NCBI GenBank assembly: GCA_965637545.1
Contig: OZ281498.1
Span: 6,944,001 to 7,008,000 of the forward strand
Length of the DNA: 64,000 nucleotides
Direction of reading: 5' to 3'
Origin: Phallusia mammillata
Taxonomy: Eukaryota
Shown here: piece by piece, positions 10,893 to 23,286 of the stretch
Layout: every line of letters starts with the position of its first letter
Numbering within the stretch: position 1 is the first letter of the stretch
Notes under the pieces: generated by a model
The model's input: the letters and a program-made list of their open reading frames with translations, nothing else
Told to the model about the DNA's origin: nothing
Database searches by the model: none
Translations under genes and position numbers: made by a program

Positions 10893-11730
10893 CATGGGTC
10901 CCTTTCCCTGAAGGGGACACATATTGATTTTACTCTAATCGTTTTTTCTTTTTGTTTCCTGAAAGTTTGTCCCACTCGTTTTGCTGTCAAATGTTTGATG
11001 GATTTGGATGAAACTTACACAGATGGTAGATTTTGTTATGTGGATGTGAATCCCACTTTGTTTGTGTTGATCACCCCAGCATTTACGCTGCTAGCCCCCT
11101 AAATTGTTTTTTTCCCCAAAGCTTGCCCGACTCGTATTGCCATAAAATGTTTCATGGATTTGGCTGAAACTTCCACAGATATAGTTATGTAGATGTGCAT
11201 TCCACCTTGCTTGTGTTGATAACCCCAGTATTTACCCCGCTAACCCCCTAAAATGTTATTTTTCTTTCCAAAGTTTGTCAACTAAAATAAGTGATCGTTT
11301 AAAAAACGTCAGAATTAAATGAAATTTGCAAAGTTTATTGAACATACTATTTTAAGTCCTCAATTGTTGTGTTTTAGTACCACAATTCCAGCTGGCCCCT
11401 AAAATGAGTGACACTTTTAACAATGTTTAAATTTAATGAAAATTGGACAGCTTGTAAATTTGCTAGTTGTAGGTGTCTATTTTTTGTTTTACCCCATTAT
11501 ACCACTATTTACTCCTTTTCTTTAAAAAGAACGTTAAATAGAGCATACAATATCTGGGGTGAATCTAACTTGTATAGTCTGTGATCTACATAGTATTATT
11601 ATTAAAGCCCAGTGCCGATCACTGTGTTTTACCTTACAACACCCGACTTTCACATGGTTATCTCTTGAAATGCATTATTTTGCACCTTGCATGTGTGGGG
11701 ACCCATGAGTTTCTGCTTGCGGAAACAACT
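10893..11730 (+). mobile_element. Helentron-associated (HINE/DINE-1-like) non-autonomous element
   Basis: Subterminal inverted repeats catgggtccc (10893-10902) and gggacccatg (11698-11707), a 5' stem gtcccttt..aaggggac, and a 3' hairpin gtttctgc-tt-gcggaaac (11709-11726). Internally there are two clear tandem units of about 155 bp containing atggatttgg.tgaaactt, plus degenerate copies. Confidence 0.6.
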
Positions 11731-11953
11731 AAGGTTATAAAAGACGTTTGCTAATATTGGACTCAACATAAAATAAGCGAAGGAAATATATTAATGTTTT
11801 AAAATGAGTTGTAGTGTATGCGCAACGACAAAATGTGCCATGTCACCCTTCTACTTTCTTCCTGTTTCTTATTCCTTGTGTTGTTTGCATATGTACTTTG
11901 GCGGGAAATATTCAATGTATTTAGATGAAACAGTTGTGCTATTTGTTTTTTAC

Positions 11954-12138
11954 CAGTGGTGGGATTCAGCCGGTTCGCACAGGTTCTTTAGAAGGGTCTC
12001 ACGAAAGTTTATGAGATTAGCGAACTGGTTAGCATTAGCCTACTGGTTACTGTCAATGAACTTTTTGTAACAGAACCGGCTAAAAAATGTGACTTTTGTG
12101 AAAGAACCGACTGACAAAAAATTTGAACCCCACCACTG
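11954..12138. mobile_element. Short hAT (Ac-type) MITE
   Basis: TIR cagtggtgggattca / tgaaccccaccactg (14/15). Flanks ttttttac / tttatcac (6/8). Internal ccggttc/gaaccg motifs. Confidence 0.7.
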
Positions 12139-13615
12139 TTTATCACCCAAGTGGTGTGCATGTAAGCCCATTTTGTAGAGTACCCCTGGCGTTATGACGT
12201 TCATATCGATGAATACAAATTCCAAAATATGCATATTAATAACTGGAAAATATTTGTTTTCAAACGTTTGTGCGCTGAAAAGCTTTAAATGCGTAGAATA
12301 TTGTGCCAAAATTTGGTATCGTATCTTTTTTAGTTTTGGAGCAATAGCGATTGTTGGCCAGTTTCACTCAGGTAAAAGACAAAGGGTTTGGAACCGTGCG
12401 TTGAGTTTATTTCGCTTGAAATAGCTGCGCAACGTTAAAACGTTATGGAGCCCAAGAAAGTGTGGCACACTTGTTAATAACAGCTGAACGCGCTGCAGCT
12501 ACACCTACGCCGTATTATAAAGTGTTTGTAATGATATAGTGAAATGTACATGAAAGGTGGCGAAAGCTTCTAAATCTAATCCTGCTTTTTCTACCTTGTC
12601 TTGATAGGCTATCATTGGTCAGAGGTTTCCAACTCATTTTTTTCCGGGAACCTAGTCAAACTAAAAAAACAATACGTCGCGAAGTTCACACTGCACAGCT
12701 GACATTCATTTTGAGTTTGATAAGGCTGTGTACGGTATGTAGGCTAAGAGCAGAATTAAAACATACAAAATCGAACTTTACCCGGTTTAAAAAACGCAAT
12801 TCGGTTTGAAACGGACATTAACCCGAACCCTAAAATAGTTTGTTTAAAACAATCTGAACCGAACCAGAACCCCCTAAAAACAGTAGGTAGTAAACCCGAA
12901 CCTAAACCATATAATACTGCAAGCGTTTCTATTGAAAAAGTAGCCAGCCTACTAGCTAGGCTATTATGGACGGATAGTCTATCAGTTTTTCTCTTTAAGA
13001 AAGGTTGGTGTTAAATGAGCTTAATCCTAGCAATTGCTCCGCTCATATAAAAAATGCTTACCATTTGTTCATATTTTCTTGTTTAGACCACATTTGATTT
13101 TGAGTCGTCTGCAATGTGCCTTACAGTAACATCATTACCACTAGTGGCGGAAGAAATGCGCGGGAAAAATGTTTGGGGCAACTAGCAACAACGAGGGCAG
13201 GAACTTGGCCGAATGGTCTGGCGCGCCTGACCCACATACAGACATAAAAAAAACCTTAATCGGGATTCGTCCCCGGGAGTGTCCTGGATTCGAACCCCGT
13301 GAAAAAAAAACATTTAAAAAAATAAAAACTAGCAACAACGAAACGATTTGTTTGCACATACTTTTTGTTTTTGTTTGTTTGCATTTCGATTACAATAGTA
13401 ATAACATAAAATAATTTTAGTGATTTTATTCAGCTTCACTACAATTAAAGTTGCAATCATATTCTCAATTTGTTAATGGTATTTGTTACGGTAGTTCCTC
13501 TTTCCTAAAAAAGCAAACAGCTCGAGCTGTATTGTGTTGAATTGCTGATTTGTCTCCGAGCCGGCTGTACATCTAAAATAAACAGGACCGCATGTATTAC
13601 TTTGAATATTGGTTT

Positions 13616-13844
13616 GCTTGGTGCAAATTAATATCACTCTAGGTCTAATATTGCTTGGTGCACCTTCATATCGCTCGATGTACCTTTAAATCGCTTGGTG
13701 TACCTGTCTACGGCTAGGTGCATTTTTACCTGTCGATATAATAGGTGCGCCAAGTGGCATAAAGGTGCACCAAGCGAAAAAAATGTACTAATCCATGTTA
13801 AGGTGCACCAAGTGATATAAGGGATAAGGGTGCATCAATATTAG
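13616..13844. repeat. Foldback-like inverted repeat built from tandem 20-bp subunits
   Basis: Left arm: gcttggtgcaccttcatatc, gctcgatgtacctttaaatc, gcttggtgtacc (13653-13704). The right arm carries reverse-complement units ggtgcgccaag, aaggtgcaccaagc and aaggtgcaccaagtgatat. Outer pair ctaatattg (13645) / caatattag (13836-13844). Confidence 0.7.
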
Positions 13845-14079
13845 TGTTCTCAAATAAACCTTTTGTGTTCTGTAGAGTAAAAGTAAAAGCACTGGTAGTA
13901 ACAAAAGTGTTTTCTTTTGTTCAGAAGTTTTTTTACAAACATGTTACAGTTATATGTTTAATGTGAGTTTAACAGATCTCCGTAAAGTTTCCAGACACTC
14001 TTATGTCAGTTGTCATTGAACTATCTTTGACCATTCAGGCATTTACCAATCCCACTAAACTACTGTTTTTTCATGGAAA

Positions 14080-17000
14080 ATGACTGAAAACGAAGACCCC
14101 AACCGCCAGTAAGTTTTCTGTTTACTTTTTTCTCAAGTATATTTGTGTTATACCTCATTCCATTACATCAGTTTTTTTGTGGCAAAGTTTTTGTGTTGAC
14201 TACCAAAAGGGCAAATAGTTTTTATAAAGTTAAGTGTAACTGTGCATGTTGGCTAATATATAAAGCACTTCTAAAACTGTGGTTATTTTGATAAAGCTGT
14301 TTATGATCTCTAATACAGTGGTTTCCTAACTTTTTTGTGGTACCAGTTTTAAGGTTACACACCCTGTTTTCAAGCAGAAACTGTTATATACATACTGAAT
14401 CTAAAAGTGTAGTACAATGAAGAGCTTAGCATACTAATGCACCATTTGTAAGTTCTTGCTTTCCAATGTACTTTTTGCACTTTCTGTACACCTAAATTCC
14501 CTAGACACTAGTTTATTGGTGAGTGCATAATCGAAGAAAAAACGTTTTGTGTACAAAAAGTTACTAGCGTCCTACTTTTGCACCAGATTGTAAGTGATAC
14601 AACAATGTGTTTCAGTAACAGAATAACTAAGTGCTGATAGCTGTTCACAGACCACCGGGAATGCTGTCTTGCTAGTGGTACACATATATACTATTGGTAG
14701 GGAACCACTGCTCTAATGTCAATGATAAAAGTTGACCTATGAGTTTGTGCTAAGGTTATTAAAGTGATTAATGCTCTATACCAGGGGAGTGCAACATACG
14801 GCCCGCGGGCCACAGTCCGGCCTGCCAAGCTTTTTAGTGTGGCCCCCACCAACACACTGATATAGATAAAAAATGCAATTCTTCTAAGAATTTGGCAAAA
14901 TTTTCCACTAGTTTTTAGTAAATCTCCTAAGTTGCTATACTATATGTAACAATATAAGCTAAATTAGCGTTTTCCAACTAGTGGATCATACAGCAGTTAC
15001 AACAAGTAGCCTACTTCACTGCATGTGACGTAACAATTCCCTTTGTCTTGTAAACAATTACTTTGTTGCGAAAGCCAGCGTTGCGCCAAAACTTTATATG
15101 TTGTAGAAAATAAATTGGTTGATGCTTTTGGAAGAATTTCGAATTTATTGTGCACATGAAAAAAAGTTATGTGGCCATCGCTTGAGGTCAGAAATTGGTT
15201 ATACAGCCCACCTATGAAAAATGTTGCACACCCCTGCTCTATACTGTGATCAGTTTTTTTTAAGGTTTGGTTTGGGTGACCGCTAAGTAGTTTTAAGAGA
15301 CCGCAAGTGTTTCATTTAAATACCAAAAAATAGCCATATTTGCTTATTTGGGAAACCGCTGGAAAAATTTGGGGGACCGTTTCGTTCCCCCAAAACACCT
15401 TAAAAAAAACACTGACTGTGATTTTTTCAGACTTACTAATGCAGAAAAAAATGAGGTATTTGCGAATTTAATTTCCACTATTGGTGGCATGTGGCATGAA
15501 TATTTGAGAAAACTTGGAATGCCAGAATCTGATATGCCAACACAACCAGACAGTAAAACTGACAAACATGCTGTGTTATGTCAATGGGTTATGAAAATTG
15601 GTACGTTGTTACACAAGTTTATGTGGTTGTGGTATAAATTTGAAAAGCAACCACGTATTGACAATGTCTTTTAAGTTTAACTGATTTGCAAATATGTTTG
15701 GACAGGGACACTCACTGCTGAAAAAGTTGTTCTAATGCGCAAAGTAAGACATGAGGTTTTAAATCCAGAGGAACCAAGAAAATGTGAGGTTGATAGAAGC
15801 CTTCCAGAAAAACTTGCACAAAGTAGGTGTCATATGGCTCTTTATTTATTTGTTGATTTGTTTATGTCAGGTGTCTGCAATTTTTTAGGCGGCACATGCC
15901 AATTTACTTTTATTTCCATGTGTTAAGCCCTCGCGTGCCAACGCTTTTTCAAATAGTAGTGGTTCGTGTCAGCAGATATTAATATTAAAGAGAAAGCAAA
16001 GTGTTTTGTGCATGTAAGGGTGAATTTTAAGACAATGGCATAATAAAAACTATAAACAAGCAGTGTGACATTAAAACTATAAGCAAGCAATTGTTACTTC
16101 AATATAAACACGCCAATCGGTTGGGATGCCATGAAAAACCACCTCGCGTGCCAACGCATGTCAGGTGTTGCCGACACCTGGTTTATGTATTTAATAAAGA
16201 AGATTCAGCTACTTTTTATGTAACACTCTAAACAACTATTGAACACTGATTATTTAAAAGTGTCTGAATAAAAATCATTATGGATTGTGACATGCTTTTG
16301 GTACATAGTGTTTTTGTCCTAATATTATTTACCTGTCTTAGTCATTTTTGTAACAATATTCAAGTTAGAATAAGTTTTATAGGTTGAACCATTGTAAGTT
16401 TTATGCAACTTTTAACTGAATTTAGTCATAACTAAAGGTGTCTGTCATATCTGATTTATATCTACTTTGATTGAAACATATGGACTGCGAAACTAGCCTT
16501 GATTTGCAGCAATTTGAAACATAAAAGATGATGTAGCACTTCAAAAGAATTCGATAGCATTATTGCAAGTTTAAAATTTTTTCCCAACCCCCTTTTACTT
16601 TTCCTGGATCCAATATTGTGCTCCCTCTTACAGCCCGTCAGTTACATTTCTGGTCTTCTAAAACAGATCATTTCAAAATGAAAACTGAATAAACATGAAA
16701 TGGTCTGAGTCTGTCCTTATGATGTGATTAGGGGCATATACTGTAACTTAAATTTATAAACTTCCCCAATGACATCTATTCCCATTTACTCTGGGAAATT
16801 ATGCTATAAAATTCATGTCTGCTAGTCAGTAGTTGTTTCATTGCCTATTTTATTCAATAATTTAAAATGACATGTACAGCAGTAAATGCCTTCTTCCAAG
16901 TGTAAAAACAGACCTGAAATTTAAAAACCTGTTATGCCAAAAAGTTTTGCGCTGTCTACAGCTTAGAATTGCTGAGGTGTCAAGTGGTGGCATCAGGTCC

Positions 17001-18673
17001 TATTATTATCTATTATCCTAAATTCCTAATGACAACACCAAAAATAATTTTAACGAAACCTCAGTGCTAAAAACACTAAAGGGCGAAAACACCTTTCTGA
17101 AGCAGTGATGCACTTGTTAAATTGCCACAGTCACAAATACTGTGGAGTTAGTTACTGGAAGACAGACATTATGCCAAGCATTGGAGGTTTAGCAGCAGAC
17201 CTTTAGAAGACACTTTAATTGAATATTTGTAACTAACCATCGGCTCGGTGGACAACCTGAACTGATGATGACAACAGAGATTGTTGAATTGACTGCATCA
17301 TGTATTCTATATACACCAGTTATATGGTACCTTTGTTTATGATTAAATTCATTTTAAAGTGAGTGTATATTGTTCCTAAACAGTTCCAGGTTTGGCAGAA
17401 ATAGTTTTTATTTCAATTAGTCTTTTGTCTGCCATAGTTTTCTGGTATCCTTTCAGTGTTTTAACTGCTTTTTTCTGTTATAGGTCGTGATCGAGCATTT
17501 TTGCTTTATTCTGTTATGGACAACTTCTATGGTAAGAGTTGGAAGGAGATCGCTCGGCGAGAATTGAAGATTCGTGACAGTGTTTTGTTTGATATTTGTG
17601 AAGATCACAAAACCAGTCAAGAAAATCGATACATGGTGCTTGCTTACTGGGTCCAGAAAAAGGGTTTTAGTGAGTGTTATATGTAACCTTGTTATGTGTT
17701 TGGCTACTCCTGGGGTCGGCAACCTTTAAGGCGACGCTTGCCAATTTACTTGTTATTTTCATGTATTAATGACCTTGCATGCCAACGTTTTTCTAAATAA
17801 TAGTGTGGCTTGTGTCAGCAGGTATCAATAAAAAAGAGAAAACATTATGTTTTGTGCATGTAAGTCTGAATTTTAAGACAATGGCATGATAAAAACTATA
17901 AAAAGCAGTGTAACAGGTTAAGATGTTACTTTAACATAAACACGCAAATCGGTTGGCGTACCATGAAAAACAACCTCCCGTTCCAACCTTGGCATGCATG
18001 CCAGGGGTTGCCGACCCCTGGGCTACACTTTGTATTATAAAATAAATATGCCATGGCTTTAATTGTCCCATCTACGTAGCTTAGTAGATAAAGCACAGTA
18101 ATTCAAGTACATCCATATTTGGCTATATTGTAGTTTACAAGAATACATGTTTTTTCCTTTATTTACCGCATGTCATAGATAATTATCTTTGTTTAAAAAC
18201 TGGTGTTCTAGCTCATTTTAGCTTTCTACAAGCAAGCAAATTAAGTTGCTATGGTATGATCACTACATAGTTGCTTCTAGTAAATACCTAGTGTGAAAAC
18301 TTAATACTTTGTTGTGTACCTTGGTATTAGTTAATTTCCTGGAAATGGCATGGTATTTTTAAATATTTACTTTTTAAGCAAAATTACCAAATAATGACAC
18401 ACCTGCATACACTCATTACACACATCTGCGCAACACTCACAAACAAAAACGTATTTTTATTGCAATATATATAATCTCCTTCATCATTGTAAGCATTGCA
18501 AATTGTACATAATGAATATAGTACATAAATTTGCTGCAAAAACGAAGTCATGTTTTCTAATCATTGACCTACTTTGTTTGCAGGGAGCAATGTTGAAATA
18601 GAGCGTGCATTAATAGACTTGAAATTGTTGCACCCTAATGCATATGTTAACCGTGAAGGGGCCGAACAGGAAT
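14080..18673 (+). CDS. Gene 2: tandem death-domain protein, paralog of gene 1 without a detectable TIR (3' end uncertain)
   Basis: Phase-consistent exons 14080-14108 (MTENEDPNRQ), 15431-15600 (LTNAEKNEVF...WHEYLRKLGMPE...QWVMKIG), 15706-15822, 17484-17669 (RDRAFLLY...WKEIARRELKI...YMVLAYW), 18584-18673. Intron phases and positions match gene 1. A possible last exon is 18912-19132. Confidence 0.8.
14316..14710. mobile_element. hAT (Buster-type) MITE
   Basis: TIR cagtggtttccta / tagggaaccactg (12/13). TSD ctctaata / ctctaatg (7/8). Confidence 0.85.
14782..15236. mobile_element. hAT (Buster-type) MITE
   Basis: TIR caggggagtgcaacat / atgttgcacacccctg (15/16). Perfect TSD ctctatac. Confidence 0.93.
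15868..16180. mobile_element. hAT (Buster-type) MITE, family X copy 1
   Basis: TIR caggtgtctgcaa / ttgccgacacctg. Perfect TSD gtttatgt. The internal sequence is shared with 17710-18020 and 39848-40124. Confidence 0.92.
17710..18020. mobile_element. hAT (Buster-type) MITE, family X copy 2
   Basis: TIR ctggggtcggcaacc / ggttgccgacccctg. TSD ggctactc / ggctacac (7/8). Shares the internal gccaatttacttgttattttc...tgaattttaagacaatggcat. Confidence 0.9.
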
Positions 18674-21003
18674 GTAAGTACATACTTGTGCATGTTAGCT
18701 TTATTTTTCGCTGGAAATAGAAGATTAGATATTTTGTACTTTTTTTGCATGCCCGTAAGTTTTAAAACATATTTGCTTGTGTTCTTTTCTTTTTTGATAA
18801 TTTTTTTAGCATAATATTTAGAACCTTTTTGCATAATATTTATGCGGTACTTGAATCATAAGCTAGGTGCTTAGTGTTGGCATACTGACACATAATTAAG
18901 TTAACTATTAGCAACTCCAGTTGTGGCAGCTAGGTGGGCTATTTGTGTGGCATGGTTAAGAGGAAAAACAATACTGTCAACAAAGTTGTTATGTTTGTTG
19001 AAGTGTTTTATAAAGAATAAAAATACAACGGAAGGAAAGTTAAAAGGGACTAATACAGAAAAACAATTTAGAAAAAAGAAGACAGGAGGGACCAAGAACA
19101 TTGTAGTAAACAATATTAACAACCTTGACTAAGGAGCAAAGCTATGTAAAAGCTACTCAGAGACAAAAACAGAATGTAAAAAAAACTATGGTTAAAACAT
19201 ACATTATGAGCCTGCAGATGCAAGATACATAATGATACATAACGAGTCTGCAGAAGAAGATTAAGAATAATGCCAACCAAGGTTATGTATCTGTTTATTT
19301 ATGTGAAGATTCCTTGTTTTTGTGGGTGATTTATTTTTTTAACACTGTTCGTTTCAATTGTGCACAACGATTTGTTTGACTATTTAACGCAGGGTTCTTC
19401 AAATGGGGATTTATTCTTCTTCAGGGTTCTTTGCAGCAAGGGATTAATGCAGGTTTACTAACCATGCTGTGTCAACTTGTCAGTGCTTTGATACCATCAG
19501 GATTTATACTATGAGCATATACATTTTGCTTAAAGTATGGTTTAAGCTAAAGTCTGCTAATAGATTAACAGCCGTACTGGCCATCAGATTTTCTGGTGTA
19601 CTGCATTTACCTAGACTATGTTTTGGGTTCAAACATGTTTTGTTACTGTATGGTTTGTTGTGCTGATATGCATATTTTTAACCTACCATTTGTTTTTGTA
19701 TTTTCAGGACATTGGTGTGTTTCTACAGAAACAAACCTCTTGCAGCAATGTTCCAGTTTGTAATTTCTGAAGTCTATGCAGTTAATTTTACAAATTAAAT
19801 TATTTTATATGGGTTTTTCAAGTGTGTTGTTTAAGCAGTCAGCTTATACTTTTGATATAATGGTTAACCAGCAATATGCACAAACTTTTGTAAACATAGT
19901 AGTTTTTAAAAGTTTTCCTTTGTTTGCTTGTCACAAAATCAAGTCTTTAGAAGTGTATTATACGGCATAAATATTTTCAGATAATTGTATTCTTTTGTTT
20001 TTTTAGGGGGTAAACCTCATACAGGCTTAACTTTTTCTATTTTTTTGTTTTTAACCGAAATATGATTTCACCATTTGTTTTTATATGTGACATGTGATGT
20101 TTTTTGTTCTATATCAAACTCTAACACTCAACAGCACCTCTTGTAAACCCTGTTGCTTTTCAAGCGTATTTTAGCTATTATGATGTCAAATATATTTGAT
20201 ACTTTTTTTTGTATTGTTTAAAAAGAAAAGTTCCATCTTTGACCAAATTTTTTGTGTGCTTACATTGAAAAAGTCGTGTTTGAAAAACTACTTGATCTTA
20301 TGTGTCTATATCAATGTTTTGTTTCACCACCTATCTGTAGGATTGCTAATACTGAGCGATTTTGGCTTGATTTTGTTTAACTATTCCAAAAACTATGGTT
20401 CTTAAAATTACTGTCATAAAATTTTATCTATTTCCACCATTGTTTGTAAACATAGCCAAAACTTTTATTGACTCTTAAGTGCTGCGCAATTACAGTCTTT
20501 CTTCCATCCTCATATTTGGGTAAAGCCTATTTTTTTGTTAAAATTGTGTCTTTAAATGACCAATTTGGTGTTGTCCTATTAAAAGATATGATGTTTGTTC
20601 ATTGTGTCTTCAAAGTGTATGCAATGCAACTTTATGCTATGTGAACTTTTTTCTTTACTTAAAATGTGCCTTTTTGGAATTTTAGTGGTCTATTGGTTTT
20701 TTTTTTGGCCTGAAATGTAGTTTCTTGACATTGGGTGGCATAAACTTATTGACTCAATTATTTTTATTTTTTCAATTAAGTGTATTGGTATAGGTGATTT
20801 AACTTACCTGCTGTATTGTAATGGACTGTATGTGTAATCATGTCACAGACAGCAAATCTTTTCATAATGTTTAATTTAAACGAATATGTAAGTTTAAAAT
20901 CTTGTTGTTTATTTAGGTGTAATTTTAATTTATCTATATTGATAGTTTTTTTGTCAGTAAGTGGAATAAGGTGTTTTCAACTGGGGAATTCTTTGGAGTC
21001 ATC

Positions 21004-23286
21004 ATGACTAATGTGTAAGTTTCATCTTTTAGGATTATAACAACTGCAAAATGTTAGGAGTTTTTAATGCAATTCGTATTTATTCTTTTTTATAGTATGG
21101 AATGTTATATAATGGTACCAATTAATGACACTTTGTGTGCATCCTTTTGCCTTTATTCAAACAGATTATTGTATTTTGGAGTTCCATTTATATCTTTATA
21201 ATTGAAACTGGTATTGGTTTCCCAAGGAAAACTTTTTGCCTTTTTCATTTTGTAATCTGTAGCAGCACTTGCTTGTTATAAATTGTTATGAATTTTTTAA
21301 AACAGGTGCATATGGTCTACAGCTTTTCAGTCTGTATTGCTTCCCAGATTGCCTCAGTGGTTTTCCCATCTTTGCCACAAAAGAACAATTTTAATGAGCA
21401 CTGCAAGCCACTATAAATCGAAAAATGATAAAAATTATTTACAGCGGCAGGGTGAAACAGAAATTTATTGAAATGTAGTTTGGGTAGTTCAACTTCATTT
21501 GCCATTTTTATCATTTACTGTCAAATGGTAATATTTGCTTTTACTTTCTGTGGTTAGAAAAAAATATTATACAGCACTGACTTTGTGCTGAACGTTTTTC
21601 AACTTTACAACTTGTTTTTCTGTTTTTACTTGTTGTAAAGGCAAGTCTGAGTATGGTTGTGTGACAATTTTATCTCCATTTGCACGAAGTTGTAGGTAAA
21701 AAGGGGGGATCTTTTGGTAAATAATATTTTGCTTTGTACCTTTGTCTGGAAAGTGTGTATTATTTATTAAAATCCTTTATTGGATCAAAGTTTTTTAACC
21801 TTTCAGACTTACTAATCGAGAAAGAAATGAACTTTTTGATCAGTTGATTGAAGATGTTGGAAAAAAATGGCTGGAGTTCCTGCGGAAGCTTGGAATGCCA
21901 GAGAATTTAATTATGGACCAAAACACAACCAAACATGCAATGTTAAATCAATGGGTCATGAAAATGGGTATATTACTTGATTTGTGAATAATTTGTAAAA
22001 AATGTTCTGACTGTCCTTGAAAAATAGGCTTGCTTTTTATTGGGTTACTGTTGAATGTACCTAATTGTCGCAAGACGAAATATAAAACGAAAAAAAAGAT
22101 AAAATATTGATGTAACTGCTGTTTTGTAGGTAACCAGTTTATTTATGGTTGGTCTAACATTGTCTTGCCAATGTTTTTGTTGAGTTATATATATATATGT
22201 GTATGCTGCACACAAACTCCATATTTTGTCCTTGTAGCAACGAACAAATCCTTACACTCTTTACTGTTGTAAGAACTACTGTGTAAAAATACTCTGATCA
22301 GCTGCAATGAGATAAGTTTAAAGTTTACATGATTTGCTATATTTTGTTGGTAAAAATAATTAATGATTTCGGGAACTGGAACAAATGGCATTTAACTGAA
22401 CTTTGCTAATTTTTTTAGGTGCGTTGGATGTTAACAGAAAACAGTTAATAAAAAAAGTGAAACACGAAGTGTTTAATGCAGATGAAAGAAATCGTGATGT
22501 TGACAGTGGACTTGAATCAAAACTTGCAAAAAGTACTTCTTTTCTACCCTACTATTCAACCTAGCAAGAAAAGTTAAATATAAAAATGTGTAAAAATTGT
22601 TGAAAGTTAAATCTCGATGAAATAAAATGTAACCCATTAAAACTGATACTGTATAAAAACTAGCTCTTTTTGTGTGCTCTTAAATGAATTCGTTTTAAAG
22701 TTCTATGCACATATTGCTGTTCTAGCAAAACAATGTTTTTTCTGTATTGCAGATCGTGATCGGGCATTTTTACTATATGGCTTTGCGAAAACATACTATG
22801 GTCCTCAATGGGATGATATTGTTCGGAACAAATTTGAAATGGATAGCAACGCATTGCATAATATAAATGTAGACCATGAGGCTAACCAGGAAAAACAATA
22901 CCAGACACTTCTGCACTGGATTCAAAAAGAAGGATTTGGTAAGTTTATGTTTTATCCAATTACAACAATTTTGGAATCCTGGTGAAAACTTGTGCACTTA
23001 TAGTAGATATGGCTGTGGTGACGTGTTATCTGTTTCTTTCACTCAATATCCCCAGTGATTAACACTGCAAGCTTCCAAAGAGAAGAAAAAAATACATTGC
23101 TATGGATTGGCTGATATTAATGTAGTATTTTTTTACATTGCACTAGTAACACACAAAGAAACAGTTTATGTTTTATATTATATAATGTGCTTACAGAGAC
23201 AAATTATGAAATTGGAGATAAACTCAAGAGTTGGAATTTAGTTGTGTCACGGGAATACACCACCGCCATGGGTACACAATCTGAAC
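21004..23286 (+). CDS. Gene 3: tandem death-domain protein, paralog of genes 1 and 2 without a detectable TIR (3' end uncertain)
   Basis: Phase-consistent exons 21004-21014 (MTNV), 21807-21967 (LTNRERNELF...WLEFLRKLGMPE...QWVMKMG), 22419-22532, 22753-22938 (RDRAFLLY...WDDIVRNKFEM...QYQTLLHW), 23197-23286. The candidate phase-1 acceptors downstream (23409, 23577, 24075) all reach a stop within 16 codons. Confidence 0.8.

Noticed and set aside
12139-12960. Larger hAT element suggested by clustered gaacc/ccgaac motifs
   Set aside because: No paired TIRs or TSD and no transposase ORF; at most a fragment.
13255-13310. tRNA or SINE suggested by a perfect B-box (GGTTCGAATCC on the minus strand)
   Set aside because: There is no A-box or cloverleaf at the required distance; the flank is poly-T.
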